From: an uncultured Candidatus Saccharibacteria bacterium
Lineage (GTDB): Bacteria; Patescibacteriota; Minisyncoccia; Phycocordibacterales; PALSA-1337
Reading direction: 5' to 3'
Length of the DNA stretch: 64,000 bases
Assembly (NCBI GenBank): GCA_964645315.1
Contig: CAZYBH010000001.1
Span: 32,405-96,404 of the forward strand
The notes beneath the pieces are model-generated. The model had not been told where the DNA came from and did not search any database. It saw only the letters and a program-made list of their open reading frames with translations. The translations under genes were made by a program, and so were the position numbers. Below, piece by piece: positions 30,901-40,769 of this stretch; positions within the stretch are counted from its first letter, which is position 1, and each line of letters starts with the position of its first letter.

Positions 30901-31618
30901 TGTCGTCGCTACCGTAAATGGTGTCGTCACTGGCATGAAAGATTTGGGTAAAGAAAAAGTTATATTTGTTATCCCAGAAATCGAAGATAAGGGTAAGTCA
31001 AAGGCTTCAGAGATCGAATACACATTCCCATATCGTCGTACTGTTATGGTCAAGGTTGGTGATAAGGTCAAGAAAGGTCAATTGTTGACAGACGGTTCTG
31101 CCGATATCGATGAGGTCTTCGAATATGGAGGTGAAGAACAAGCAAAGGATTATGTCATCTCAGAAGTCAATAAAATTTACGAATTACAAGGTGAGACTGT
31201 GGCTCGCAAGCACATCGAGCTTATAGTCAAGCAGATGTTCAGTCGCAGGAAGGTCGTAGAAGCTGGAAATACAAATCTTACCGAAGGTATGATCGTCGAT
31301 GAGACTCAACTTCTAGAAGAGAATGCTGAAGCAAAGGCAAACGGTGGAAGTCCAGCAAAAGTAGAAAAGATTGTGATGGGTATTACCGAAACATCACTTT
31401 CGAGGAAGAGCTTCCTATCCGCTGCTTCATTCCAACACACGACTCGTGTTCTTATCTCAAACTCAGTCCGTGGTGCAAGCGATGATCTAACTGGTCTAAT
31501 GGAAAATGTCATCATCGGTCGCTTGGTCCCAGCTGGTACAGGTTACAAAGGATCTCCAAAGAAAGATATGGTAGATGCTTTGAAAGGAGATGAGGTGGTA
31601 GGTGAGGAGGAGGTGTAA
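27938..31618 (+). CDS. rpoC: RNA polymerase beta' subunit
   Basis: NADFDGDQM, Zn-ribbon cysteines, GEPGTQLTMRTFH. Confidence 0.99.
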   Translation: MQNTPIKKQTDPTQFDLIRLTLASPDKIAEWSFGEVTKPETINYRTQRSEKSGLFDERIFGPDHDYECYCGKYRGIRYKGIVCEKCGVEITRSIVRRERMGHIELASPVSHIWFLRIVPSRIGLILGMTSADLEKVIYFAGYIVTKIHQEEKDKFLKDLDSEFKSKVKTAQDDKTKDALKELVINAKKEIDSLVEGYVMDEVTYHKYAIKYGSVFEAGIGAEVVYELLKKIDLNKLEGELVKALEEASSADRDRVSKRLALVKQMIKSKVRPEWMFLVRIPVIPPGLRPMVALDGGRFATSDVNDLYRRVINRNNRLLKLKEINAPEVILRNEKRILQEAVDALIDNSIRHSTSAGAAAIAAQKRALKSLSDSLKSKRGLFRQNLLGKRVDYSGRSVIVVGPELRLDQCGLPKHMALELFRPFVISGLLKRELAYNIRGANRLIDDGAKEVWEILEEVIKDRYVLLNRAPTLHRLGIQAFRPILIEGNAIQVHPLVCTAFNADFDGDQMAVHVPLSDEAQLEAKMIMASDKNILKPGNNDPTVAAKMLDIVLGCFWVTKTVPGAKGENKYFETPDAAILANSFGDIDLRAKIKVLAPKNDKYAKFNEGLFETTVGRILFNNVLPEDMSYINEEISRKVLGQIIDDVIVTRGAENVAPVLDKVKQFGFGYATYSGTTWGIDDIMVPEAKKDIVAKGKSLSDVVNKQFEEGLLSEEERIRKHIEIWQKTKGEVEKAIPQTLDKMGSVYDMVTSGARGSLSQITQMVGMKGLIASVSGETIEFPILSCSKEGLTPIEYFITTHGSRKGLTDTALNTAKAGYLTRKLFVVAQDVVVSETDCGTSSYITIHKQTASGLNIPLSKNIRGRILADDIKTSDGKVLFEKGHMLSKKDAQKVEEAGVQDVKVRSPLSCKTVRGVCAKCYGLDLGKNGLVNLGEAVGTVAAQAIGEPGTQLTMRTFHAGGSASQGGDITSGLPRVEEVFEKRRPKNPAVVATVNGVVTGMKDLGKEKVIFVIPEIEDKGKSKASEIEYTFPYRRTVMVKVGDKVKKGQLLTDGSADIDEVFEYGGEEQAKDYVISEVNKIYELQGETVARKHIELIVKQMFSRRKVVEAGNTNLTEGMIVDETQLLEENAEAKANGGSPAKVEKIVMGITETSLSRKSFLSAASFQHTTRVLISNSVRGASDDLTGLMENVIIGRLVPAGTGYKGSPKKDMVDALKGDEVVGEEEV

Positions 31619-31722
31619 TAAAAAGTTCAAAATTATAAATGCAAAATGCAAAGTTGAATCGCATTGCGATAAAACTTTGCATTTTGTGTTTTGAACTTCT
31701 CACCTATGTCAGTTATCTTCAA
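31591..31722 (+). repeat. Direct repeat copy 1: rpoC 3' end plus hairpin
   Basis: First ~45 bp identical to 33740 onward; the remainder aligns to 33869 with scattered mismatches. Confidence 0.92.
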
Positions 31723-31731
31723 TTATTTTGT

Positions 31732-33708
31732 TTATTTTAGAATATTTACAATTCCTCTGTCTGCATCAACCTCTATCTCATCTCCATCTTTTAATACCTG
31801 AGTGGCAAATTTGGTACCTATTATGCAAGGTTTTTGCATTTCTCGAGCAATAATTGCAGCGTGACAAGTAATACCACCCTCATCAGTAACAAAGGCGAGG
31901 GCTTTCTTCATTGCTGGTACCATATCTGGAGTCGTCATGGGTGAGACAATAATTTCTCCATCGAGCATCTGTTCGACTTGATCTTTCCTTTTAACAATTC
32001 TGACAATTCCTTTAACTTTTCCTTTAAAGGCACTTTGTCCATTCAGTAAGTTATCGCCGTGATCTATTTTTTCAATCTCAAATTCGAATTCTGGAAATTT
32101 ATTAACTAAATTTTCGAATGATATTGTGCCAACAAAAATATCAGGAACTAGTGCAAAGCCGCTGTCTCGTTTCTCGAGTTGGTCTTTATCGATCTTGCCA
32201 CCCAGTTCTTCACGAGTGATATATACAACCAAATAACCTAGATCAGGATAAATATTATTGAGCGCCTTCCAGATGGCAGTATTACATTCAGCAAAGAGAA
32301 CATCCTTTTCTCTAAATTTCTTTGCTTTTTCTTTATACTCTTCTGGTACTTTTTCGTTCATTAGTGCTGCATATAAGATCACAAAATCAGATACTTCGTC
32401 ATAAACGAAATCGATAAAAGTCTGAAGGTCTGAAATTGTTGTGATCTCTCTTTTCCACCATTCCTCAATTTCTGCAAGCCTCTTGTAGTAGTTATCGTAA
32501 ATTTCATCGAAGAATTTTTTATCGGATTTAAACTTTTCCAAAATTTGATCAAGAAGCCAATGGTTTGCTTTTGTGTTCTCCCACACCTCCTCGACACCAT
32601 CCTTCATATAATAGAGATATGGTGGATTATACGGATAATCCTTAAGTCCAAGCTTCTTAATTAAACCTTCTTTGTTTGCTGCAAACCATGCTTGTTGCAT
32701 GATGATCGAGAAATTACGTGTATACGCTTTGATAAAGGTCTGTTTTTGTTGAATGAAAGTTTTATTTGAAAGTGTCGTTATGGGTCTACTTTGTACAATG
32801 TAAAATTTTCCATTTTGATTAGCCCACTCGATATCACAAGGAAAACCGTAGTGATTTTCGATTTTCATTATTATTTCTGAAAGTTCGAGAATTTGTGCTT
32901 CGTTTAGGACTTGTGATGAGGCTTTGGATTCAGGTACCTTTTTCCACTCATTGCCACCTGTATGAGATCGATGTAAAGCACGGTCTTGAGTTGAAACATT
33001 TATATCAATAATTCTACGAGGATCTTTTTCAACAACGTAACTATCAGGGGTGATTTGACCTGATACGATCGCCTCGCCGAGACCAAAACCAGCCTCGATG
33101 ATTAGTTGATTATAATCTTCAGTTACTGGGTGTACAGAGAAAGCAATTCCAGATACTTCTGATTCAACCATTTTTTGTACCACGACTGCTACAGATATCT
33201 TGGTAGTGTGAAGTCCCTTTTCAAATCGATAAAAGATGGCACGAGGAGTAAATAAGGATGCCCAGCAGTGTTTGATCTTATCAAGTAGATCCACTTCGGT
33301 GGTATTCAAGTAAGATTCAAGCTGTCCAGCCCAAGCATGTTCTTTACCATCCTCGGCTGTGGCAGATGATCGGACTGCAACAAATTCCGAATCGAGTTCT
33401 TTAAAGAATCTACTGATCTCAATGGCAATATCCTTTGGCATTTCCTTCGAAAGAATTAGATCTTTAATCTGTTCTGATGCAGACTCAACTGTATGAATTT
33501 CTTGGTGGTTAACTTTATCAAGAATTGCATCAATTTCTTGAATGAGATCAGTCTCTTGGATAAAACGTTCAAATGAGTTGGACAAAATCACAAAACCAGG
33601 AGGAACAGGAATTCCTGCTCGTGTCATTTCACCAAGTGAAGCACCCTTACCACCTGCAATAGTGGCATCATTTTTAGATAGATTTTTGAAGGCTCTGATA
33701 AGCTCCAT
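31732..33708 (-). CDS. PEP-utilising dikinase with ATP-grasp / central / C-terminal phospho-His swivel order (rifampin phosphotransferase-like architecture)
   Basis: GGKGASLGEM, VAVRSSATAED, DIEWA, QSRPIT; C-terminal TDEGGITCHAAIIARE; no pyruvate-binding barrel. Confidence 0.85.
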   Translation of the reverse strand: MELIRAFKNLSKNDATIAGGKGASLGEMTRAGIPVPPGFVILSNSFERFIQETDLIQEIDAILDKVNHQEIHTVESASEQIKDLILSKEMPKDIAIEISRFFKELDSEFVAVRSSATAEDGKEHAWAGQLESYLNTTEVDLLDKIKHCWASLFTPRAIFYRFEKGLHTTKISVAVVVQKMVESEVSGIAFSVHPVTEDYNQLIIEAGFGLGEAIVSGQITPDSYVVEKDPRRIIDINVSTQDRALHRSHTGGNEWKKVPESKASSQVLNEAQILELSEIIMKIENHYGFPCDIEWANQNGKFYIVQSRPITTLSNKTFIQQKQTFIKAYTRNFSIIMQQAWFAANKEGLIKKLGLKDYPYNPPYLYYMKDGVEEVWENTKANHWLLDQILEKFKSDKKFFDEIYDNYYKRLAEIEEWWKREITTISDLQTFIDFVYDEVSDFVILYAALMNEKVPEEYKEKAKKFREKDVLFAECNTAIWKALNNIYPDLGYLVVYITREELGGKIDKDQLEKRDSGFALVPDIFVGTISFENLVNKFPEFEFEIEKIDHGDNLLNGQSAFKGKVKGIVRIVKRKDQVEQMLDGEIIVSPMTTPDMVPAMKKALAFVTDEGGITCHAAIIAREMQKPCIIGTKFATQVLKDGDEIEVDADRGIVNILK

Positions 33709-33739
33709 ATTGTATATACTAGCATACCCGAGCTCCTTT

Positions 33740-33869
33740 TGAGGTGGTAGGTGAGGAGGAGGTGTAATAAAAAGTTCAAAATTAAAAATGCAAAATGCAA
33801 AGTGAATCGCACTGCTATTCACTTTGCATTTTGCGTTTTGAACTTTTCACTTATGTCAGTTATATTCAA
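33740..33869 (+). repeat. Direct repeat copy 2 of the rpoC 3' end plus hairpin
   Basis: TGAGGTGGTAGGTGAGGAGGAGGTGTAATAAAAAGTTCAAAATTA... matches 31591-31722. Confidence 0.92.
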
Positions 33870-33935
33870 ATAAAACAAGGTGGCCTTCGACCATTTTGTT
33901 TTACAAATATTTTCAATTGTGTACAATATGTACAT

Positions 33936-34187
33936 ATGAAGATACTGACAACAACGCAGGTTCGCAAAACTATTGGTAAGATGATAAATCAGGTCAAATA
34001 TTATGGGGAGGTTTTTGGTATTGGCAGAAGGAATTCAATCGACGCTCTCTTGATTCAATTTCCAGAATCATACAATAAAGACTTAAATGATATAACAAAC
34101 ATTAATTCTAACTCAAAAAGCTTCGATTTCTTGAAAGATGAGCCTGAAACTTATTCATTATCTGATCTCAAGGAAACCTATGTCTAA
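33936..34187 (+). CDS. Phd/YefM-like antitoxin
   Basis: MKILTTTQVRKTIGKMINQV N-terminus; TGTACA-N3-TGTACA over the promoter; overlaps the toxin start. Confidence 0.72.
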   Translation: MKILTTTQVRKTIGKMINQVKYYGEVFGIGRRNSIDALLIQFPESYNKDLNDITNINSNSKSFDFLKDEPETYSLSDLKETYV

Positions 34188-34509
34188 AGGAGAGATTGTT
34201 CTTATACCATTTCCATTTACCGATTTATCTGGCAATAAACTTCGACCAGCTCTAATTTTACATAGTAGTAGGAATGGAGAAGACTGCATTGTTTCATTCA
34301 TTTCGTCGGTACGTTCTCGTTCAAGAGATAAATATAATATTCCACTAGATCCAGATGCAGAAAATGGAATCAAAAATCCTTCAGTTATCAAAATCAATAA
34401 GATTGCAACATTGCAAAAGAAGCTGATTCTAGGTAGATTGGGTGTAGTGGATCGGATTACACTAAATAAAATTGATGCACAATTGACTGATTTGTTTGCG
34501 CTCAAATAA
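34180..34509 (+). CDS. PemK/MazF-family toxin
   Basis: GEIVLIPFPFTDLSGNKLRPALIL, S.IKINKIATL. Confidence 0.88.
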   Translation: MSKGEIVLIPFPFTDLSGNKLRPALILHSSRNGEDCIVSFISSVRSRSRDKYNIPLDPDAENGIKNPSVIKINKIATLQKKLILGRLGVVDRITLNKIDAQLTDLFALK

Positions 34510-34575
34510 ATATTGCAAAAAGTATTTATTATAGAAAAGTCTGTTATCTTTTGCATAATGAGCTATACTTCATAC

Positions 34576-36375
34576 ATGAATCGTACTGCCGTAGAAGAAA
34601 TAAAAGCTAGAATACCGATAGAGGAGCTTATAGGCTCATATATCAAGATCGAGAAATCTGGTCGTGCTTTGAAGGCGCGATGTCCATTTCATAATGAGAA
34701 AACTCCCTCATTCTTCATTTCTCCAGAGCGCGGTGGGTATTATTGTTTCGGTTGCGGGGCAAAAGGAGATATATTTTCATTTGTCGAACAATTCGAAGGT
34801 TTGGATTTCAAAGGGGCACTCAAGGTCTTGGCCGAAAAAGCTGGCGTACCACTTGTATTCGAGAAGAAGAGCGACAGCGAGAGAGACAAATTATTTGAAG
34901 TAATGGAGATAACGGCAAGATACTTCCAAGACAATCTCAAAAATTCAAAACAAGCCTTAGAATATCTCAAAAAGCGCGGTCTCAAAGAAGAGACAATACA
35001 TAGTTTTAGAATAGGTTGGGCTCCAGATGGCTGGCAAAATCTCCATGATCATTTGTCCAAAACGGGCTGGAAAGATGAGGTTCTAGAAAATGCTGGTCTT
35101 ATCAAGCAAAGTGATAAAGAAGATGAAATCTCGGCTCATGGCGGGTCGAAAAATATTTCTACAAAAAAGAGATACTATGATCGCTTCCGAGGCAGGATAA
35201 TGTTTCCGATCACAGACTCTAGTGGAAGAATAGTTGCATTCACCGGCAGAATACTGGTCGATGATGGCAAATCCGCAAAATATCTCAATAGTCCGGAGAC
35301 GCCGATTTTTATTAAATCAGATATTTTGTTTGGTCTAGACAAAGCCAAGAGTGACATTCGCAGACTCAATTATTCTATCTTGGTCGAAGGTCAAATGGAT
35401 CTCATCTTGTCTCATCAATCCGGTCTCAAAAATACGATTGCAGCTTCGGGTACAGCTCTTACCGACAATGAAAAAGGTCAAAATGGGATGGTTAGCAACT
35501 TGGGCCTAGTCCGACGACTTAGTCAAAATATGATTATTGCTCTTGATTCTGACAAAGCTGGCAAGACTGCGACTATGAGGGCTGTTGTCGCTACAGCTAT
35601 AGGTCTTGGCATATCTATCAAGATCGCAGATGCTACGTCTCTTGGTCTATTGGGCAAAGATCCGGCCGATATAATTTTGGAGAATCCAGAAAATTGGAAA
35701 AATGTTCTAAAAAATTCCAAACATGTAATTGAGTTTGAGTTGGGAAATATTTTGAAAGAAATAAACGATCATCATAAACTTGCAAAAGCTGTTCGAGATC
35801 GGATTTTTCCATTTCTCTCAAAGATGGACAGTGAGATGGACAAAGCTTTTTATATAAAAATGATTGCTGAGAAAGCGGTATTTAGCGAGCAGGCGATCAT
35901 TGAGGATTTGAGAAAATATGAGAAGACCGTCACGAATAAGGATGTTGCAAAGAATATCAATGAGACCAAAAACAGTGGTTTTGTAGCAAATCGCAAAGAT
36001 ATTGTAGAAAAAAGATTATTTGGACTTATAAATTTGTTACAAAAAAATAACAAATCTTTGGCTGATAAATATCAAGAAGAAGTCAAAAAGATTGCTGGTG
36101 AATATTTCACTGAAATGGAAAATAGCCTAAATCAAAATATCGACGAAATAAATCTCGAAGCAGAAATGTATTTCGGCAGTGATTTGTCGCGAATCGATTT
36201 TCATATGAAAGATCTGATCAAAAACTTCGAACTTGATCGTATCAATGAAGAATTGACTAGATCGATGATTGCTCTTCGTAAAGCCGAAAAAGACGGCAAC
36301 GCCACTCTTCTTGCCGAATTAGCCAAGAAGTGCCAAGTTCTCTCGATCCGTAAATCCGAATTGGGTAGGGTGTAG
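34576..36375 (+). CDS. dnaG: DNA primase
   Basis: CPFHNEKTPSF..CFGC, RFRGRIMFPI, KYLNSPET, EGQMD, DSDKAG. Confidence 0.97.
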   Translation: MNRTAVEEIKARIPIEELIGSYIKIEKSGRALKARCPFHNEKTPSFFISPERGGYYCFGCGAKGDIFSFVEQFEGLDFKGALKVLAEKAGVPLVFEKKSDSERDKLFEVMEITARYFQDNLKNSKQALEYLKKRGLKEETIHSFRIGWAPDGWQNLHDHLSKTGWKDEVLENAGLIKQSDKEDEISAHGGSKNISTKKRYYDRFRGRIMFPITDSSGRIVAFTGRILVDDGKSAKYLNSPETPIFIKSDILFGLDKAKSDIRRLNYSILVEGQMDLILSHQSGLKNTIAASGTALTDNEKGQNGMVSNLGLVRRLSQNMIIALDSDKAGKTATMRAVVATAIGLGISIKIADATSLGLLGKDPADIILENPENWKNVLKNSKHVIEFELGNILKEINDHHKLAKAVRDRIFPFLSKMDSEMDKAFYIKMIAEKAVFSEQAIIEDLRKYEKTVTNKDVAKNINETKNSGFVANRKDIVEKRLFGLINLLQKNNKSLADKYQEEVKKIAGEYFTEMENSLNQNIDEINLEAEMYFGSDLSRIDFHMKDLIKNFELDRINEELTRSMIALRKAEKDGNATLLAELAKKCQVLSIRKSELGRV

Positions 36376-36462
36376 TTTGCATATGTCTGACATATGCTAG
36401 TGTGCTTGCCAAAGGGTCAAAAATGCCCTAGAATGAGGCTTAATTAATAGTAATCTCTTCCT

Positions 36463-37671
36463 ATGAGTAAAACAAAAAAAGCGACCAAAAAAGCGGTTCG
36501 TAAGGGTTCGGTAGCTCGAGTTAAGCCTCAAAAGAACAAGAAAATTGCAGGTAAGAAGCCAGCGAAAGAGGTCAAGATGAGCAAGGCGGACAAAGCAAAG
36601 GACTTCGAGTCGAAGGCCAATAAACTCATCCAAAAAGGACGAGATCGAGGTTTCGTGACTTATGATGAGATTTTGAAAGAATTTCCTCAGATCGAAAATG
36701 ACATCATATTTCTAGATGAATTGTATTCAAAATTGGTCTCAGCAAATGTCGATGTTCTTGAAGGTGGAGGATTGCTAGAAGTAGAAGATCTAACAGTCAA
36801 AAAGGGTCAGGGTGGTATATCTCGCAATCCGGATTCTGCTTACGATTCGATCCAGATGTATCTCAAAGAGATTGGTCAGTATCCACTTATCAATGCTGCA
36901 CAAGAAAAGGAGCTGGCAAAAAGAATTTTGGCTGGTGACAATGAAGCCAAAAATCTTTTGGCAAAAGCCAATTTGAGATTGGTGGTTTCTATTGCAAAAA
37001 AATACGTCGGTCGCAGTCCAGATCTTACTCTTCTTGATCTTATCCAAGAAGGAAATCTAGGACTATTTAGAGCTGTAGACAAATTTGATTGGACAAAAGG
37101 TTTCAAATTTTCTACCTATGCTACATGGTGGATCAGACAAGCTATCACCCGTGCTTTAGCCGATCAATCAAGGACTATTCGTGTGCCAGTACACATGGTC
37201 GAGACTATCGCAAAATACAAACAGGTTGTTAGAAGGCTCAGTCATGAATTGGGTCGTGAACCATTGGCCGAAGAGATTGCTATGGAGATGGACATGGATG
37301 TCGACAAGATTTATCAGATTGAGAAGATCGAACAAGATGTAGTCTCACTCGAAAATCCAGTAGGTGATGATGGTGATGATGGCAAATCTACCCTTCAAGA
37401 TTTTATTCCTGACGACAAAATCCTTTCTCCAGAGCAAGAGTCTTCAAGGAGAATATTGCGTGATCAGGTAAATATGATTTTGAATGATTTGTCCGAAAAA
37501 GAAAGAAAGATTTTGGAAATGAGACACGGTCTAAATGACGGTATAACTCATACACTAGAAGAAGTGGGCAAGGAATTTGGCGTTACTCGCGAACGTATTA
37601 GACAGATTGAAGCCAAGGCACATGAGAAGATTAGACAGCATGAAAATATAAATAGACTTAAGAATTACTAG
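36463..37671 (+). CDS. rpoD: Primary sigma-70 factor
   Basis: [35 protein letters not shown]; follows dnaG. Confidence 0.95.
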   Translation: MSKTKKATKKAVRKGSVARVKPQKNKKIAGKKPAKEVKMSKADKAKDFESKANKLIQKGRDRGFVTYDEILKEFPQIENDIIFLDELYSKLVSANVDVLEGGGLLEVEDLTVKKGQGGISRNPDSAYDSIQMYLKEIGQYPLINAAQEKELAKRILAGDNEAKNLLAKANLRLVVSIAKKYVGRSPDLTLLDLIQEGNLGLFRAVDKFDWTKGFKFSTYATWWIRQAITRALADQSRTIRVPVHMVETIAKYKQVVRRLSHELGREPLAEEIAMEMDMDVDKIYQIEKIEQDVVSLENPVGDDGDDGKSTLQDFIPDDKILSPEQESSRRILRDQVNMILNDLSEKERKILEMRHGLNDGITHTLEEVGKEFGVTRERIRQIEAKAHEKIRQHENINRLKNY

Positions 37672-37675
37672 GTAG

Positions 37676-37800
37676 AAGGCAAAAGTTAAAAGGCAAAATT
37701 TAAGGTTTAAAGTAGAAAGTGTTCATAATAATTAATTAATTTACTCTTATAACTCATATGAGCTTGTTACTTTTGACTTTTGATTTTTAACTTTTGCCTT
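37676..37800. repeat. Heptamer-based inverted repeat
   Basis: AAGGCAAAAGTTAAAA ... TTTTAACTTTTGCCTT; related to hairpins at 31622-31698, 33771-33846 and 40766-40835. Confidence 0.65.
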
Positions 37801-37808
37801 ATATTCAC

Positions 37809-40769
37809 ATGCCCAATTTCAACCAACAATACCAATCTCTAAATAAAGTTCAAAAAGAAGCTGTTGATACTATTGAGGGTCCGGTTATTGTTATTGCTGG
37901 GCCTGGTACTGGCAAAACGACTATCCTTACTCTAAGAATAGCAAATATCTTACAGAAGACTGACACTGCACCAGAAAATATTTTGGCTCTGACCTTCACT
38001 GAATCTGGTGCATATGTTATGCGCAAAAAACTTGTTGACCTTATCGGCTCATCCGCCTACAAGGTCAATATCCATACATTCCACGGTTTTGCCGAAAAGA
38101 TTATAGAGAAATACCCAGATTATTTCCCGCGAATTATCGGTTCAAAAGTCATAACCGATGCCGAACAGATTAAAATCATCGAAAATCTAATTCAATCAAA
38201 AGAAATTGAGATTTTGAGACCATTTGGCGATCCAAATTATTATGTAAGGCCTATACTATCTGAGATCAATACGCTGAAACGCGAAAACATTTCACCAAAA
38301 CAATTTCTTCAAAATGTAAAAAAAGAAATAAATGGCGCCAAAATTACAAAAAAAGGAGATAAAGAAATTTCCAAAACTGAATTGGAAAAAATTCAAAAGA
38401 GAAATGATAAAAATCTAGAATTAGCAAATATTTTTGAGAAATATGAGGCTAAATTAGCTGAGCTCAAATACTACGATTTCAATGATATGCTTCTTGAATT
38501 GATAAGAGTTTTGGAGAAAGAAGAAAATTTCAAACTTATTTTGCAAGAAAGCTATCAATATATCTTGGCCGATGAGCATCAAGATGCCAACTCTGCTCAA
38601 AATAAAATATTGGAATTACTCTCCGATTTTCATGATTCACCAAATCTATTTATTGTCGGTGATGATAAGCAGGCTATATATCGTTTCCAAGGAGCATCTT
38701 TGGACAATTTTCTTTATTTCAAGGATAAATATAAGGATGCAAAAGTTATAGAATTGACTCACAACTATCGATCACAACAGGGTATTCTCGACGCTTCTCA
38801 TAGCCTCATTTCCAATAATCCGGCAATTCCTGGAAGGGAAAGGGCGAAGTTGATTTCACTTCAGATCGGCAGTAGGCCGATAAAAGTCTATGAATTTGCA
38901 AAACAGGAAGATGAGTTTCAGCACATTATTTTTGAAATAAAAGACTTCATAAATGATGGTTATAGGATTGAAGAATTGGCGATCTTGTATAGGACAAATA
39001 GTGAGGCTGATCAAATAGCAAAAGCTCTAAAAAAAGCGGGAATTTCTTATAGAATTGAATCTGACTACAATATTCTCGATGAAATTGATCCGTCAAAATT
39101 GATTATTATTTCAAGAGCGATAAACGATCTTTCAAACGATGAGAACCTAGGCAAAACATTGCTTTTGAATGAATTTGACTGTGATCCGGGTACAGTTTCT
39201 GCTTTGTTCAATATTTCAAAAAAAGATAAATTACCGCTCTTTTCACTAATCAATAATTCATCAAATAGCACTAAGACTAAAAATATAGACAAAAAGGATT
39301 TGGAACAAGTCAAAGCTGTATATGATAAATTGGCTAATTGGTCAAAAATTGCTCAATATGAAAGTTATCCAAATCTATTACAAAAAATAATAGAGGAAAC
39401 AAACATTTTATCCAATATTATAAAAGATGAAAACTCCTTACCACGTTTGTCTGCCTTGGAAGATTTCTTTTCTCAAGTGACAAAAATTTCCAAAGCCAAA
39501 AAGACTTTTTTGCTCAAGGATTTTATCGAATATGTAGATATTGTCGCTGATCATGGTCTTGTAACCAAAAGAGATTATACAGATCATATTGAAGGGGTCA
39601 GATTGATGACCGCTCATCGTTCCAAGGGTTTGGAATTTGATCATGTTTTTATTATAAATTGTTATGATGGAAATTGGGGAAATAGAAGCAAAAGAAATCT
39701 ATTCAACATTCCAATTATCGAAAAGGCCAGAGATTCTGGGAATATAGAAGATGAAAGGAGGCTGTTTTATGTCGCCCTTACAAGAGCTAGAGAGTCCGTT
39801 CATATTTCATTTTCTAGATTGCTAGGTGATAAAGAAGCGGTGATAAGTCAGTTTTTGACCGAGATCGATGAGGTCAATATGCATTATACTGAGCCGGTCT
39901 TGATCAAGTCCGATACAAGCGATTTGGATATATCTAAACCCAAAATAAAAAATGATTTATCAATTTTAAATCCAAGTTTTGTCAAATCAAAGTTCATTGG
40001 CCAACCACTTTCGGTTACTCATCTAAACAATTATCTTGAATGTCCTTGGCAATATTTCTTTGTAAACCTGATTAGGATCCCTCAAGTAGAGACCAAGCAT
40101 CAGGTCTACGGTACGGCAGTCCATACTGCTTTGAGAGCCTTTTTTGAGGCTTACAAGGATGATAGGGATATACCCAAAAGAGAATTGTTAGAAATATTTG
40201 AGTATCATATAAATAATTCTTCAATGGATAGTGATGATAAGGTCGAATCAATTAAAAAAGGTAAAAATGCTTTGTCAGGATATTATGATGAATATGCAGG
40301 TACTTGGAATAAAAATTTATTTACCGAATATGGTATTAAGATTCCAAATTTTGAAATTGATAAAAAAAATAGTATTACACTTACTGGCAACTTGGATAAG
40401 ATCGAATTGATAGACAAAAATCATGTAGCCGTTATTGATTACAAAACCGCAAAGCCAAAATCAAGAAATGAAATAGAGGGCAAAACAAAAGATGCTGATG
40501 GTAATTATAAGAGGCAATTGGTATTTTATAAATTGCTTCTTGATCTTGAAGATAAATACAAAATGAGTAGTGGTACGATTGATTTTATTGAACCCAATGA
40601 TCGTGGTTTGTATAAGAAGGAGCAGTTTATTATAGAGCAGGATGAGGTTAATACTCTAAAAGAAATTATTAAGAAAGTAGCAAATGAGATTATTAATCTA
40701 GATTTTAGTGATAAATATTGCGATAACAAAGATTGTAGATATTGTAATTTGGCGAAGGTTATAAAGTGA
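37809..40769 (+). CDS. UvrD/PcrA-type helicase fused to a C-terminal PD-(D/E)xK nuclease (AddA/AdnB-like)
   Basis: AGPGTGKT, DEHQD, GDDKQAIY, NYRS, SKGLEF, YVALTRA; GNLDKIE..IDYKT; Cys in LECPW and CDNKDCRYC. Confidence 0.9.
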   Translation: MPNFNQQYQSLNKVQKEAVDTIEGPVIVIAGPGTGKTTILTLRIANILQKTDTAPENILALTFTESGAYVMRKKLVDLIGSSAYKVNIHTFHGFAEKIIEKYPDYFPRIIGSKVITDAEQIKIIENLIQSKEIEILRPFGDPNYYVRPILSEINTLKRENISPKQFLQNVKKEINGAKITKKGDKEISKTELEKIQKRNDKNLELANIFEKYEAKLAELKYYDFNDMLLELIRVLEKEENFKLILQESYQYILADEHQDANSAQNKILELLSDFHDSPNLFIVGDDKQAIYRFQGASLDNFLYFKDKYKDAKVIELTHNYRSQQGILDASHSLISNNPAIPGRERAKLISLQIGSRPIKVYEFAKQEDEFQHIIFEIKDFINDGYRIEELAILYRTNSEADQIAKALKKAGISYRIESDYNILDEIDPSKLIIISRAINDLSNDENLGKTLLLNEFDCDPGTVSALFNISKKDKLPLFSLINNSSNSTKTKNIDKKDLEQVKAVYDKLANWSKIAQYESYPNLLQKIIEETNILSNIIKDENSLPRLSALEDFFSQVTKISKAKKTFLLKDFIEYVDIVADHGLVTKRDYTDHIEGVRLMTAHRSKGLEFDHVFIINCYDGNWGNRSKRNLFNIPIIEKARDSGNIEDERRLFYVALTRARESVHISFSRLLGDKEAVISQFLTEIDEVNMHYTEPVLIKSDTSDLDISKPKIKNDLSILNPSFVKSKFIGQPLSVTHLNNYLECPWQYFFVNLIRIPQVETKHQVYGTAVHTALRAFFEAYKDDRDIPKRELLEIFEYHINNSSMDSDDKVESIKKGKNALSGYYDEYAGTWNKNLFTEYGIKIPNFEIDKKNSITLTGNLDKIELIDKNHVAVIDYKTAKPKSRNEIEGKTKDADGNYKRQLVFYKLLLDLEDKYKMSSGTIDFIEPNDRGLYKKEQFIIEQDEVNTLKEIIKKVANEIINLDFSDKYCDNKDCRYCNLAKVIK

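Noticed and set aside
31732-33708. Calling this gene ppsA or rph
   Set aside because: No C-terminal pyruvate-binding barrel, so not PpsA; rifampin specificity cannot be read from the sequence
33709-33935. N-terminal extensions of ORFs 31732-33822 and 33795-34187
   Set aside because: They read through the repeat hairpin; domain starts and -10 spacing support ATG 33708 and 33936
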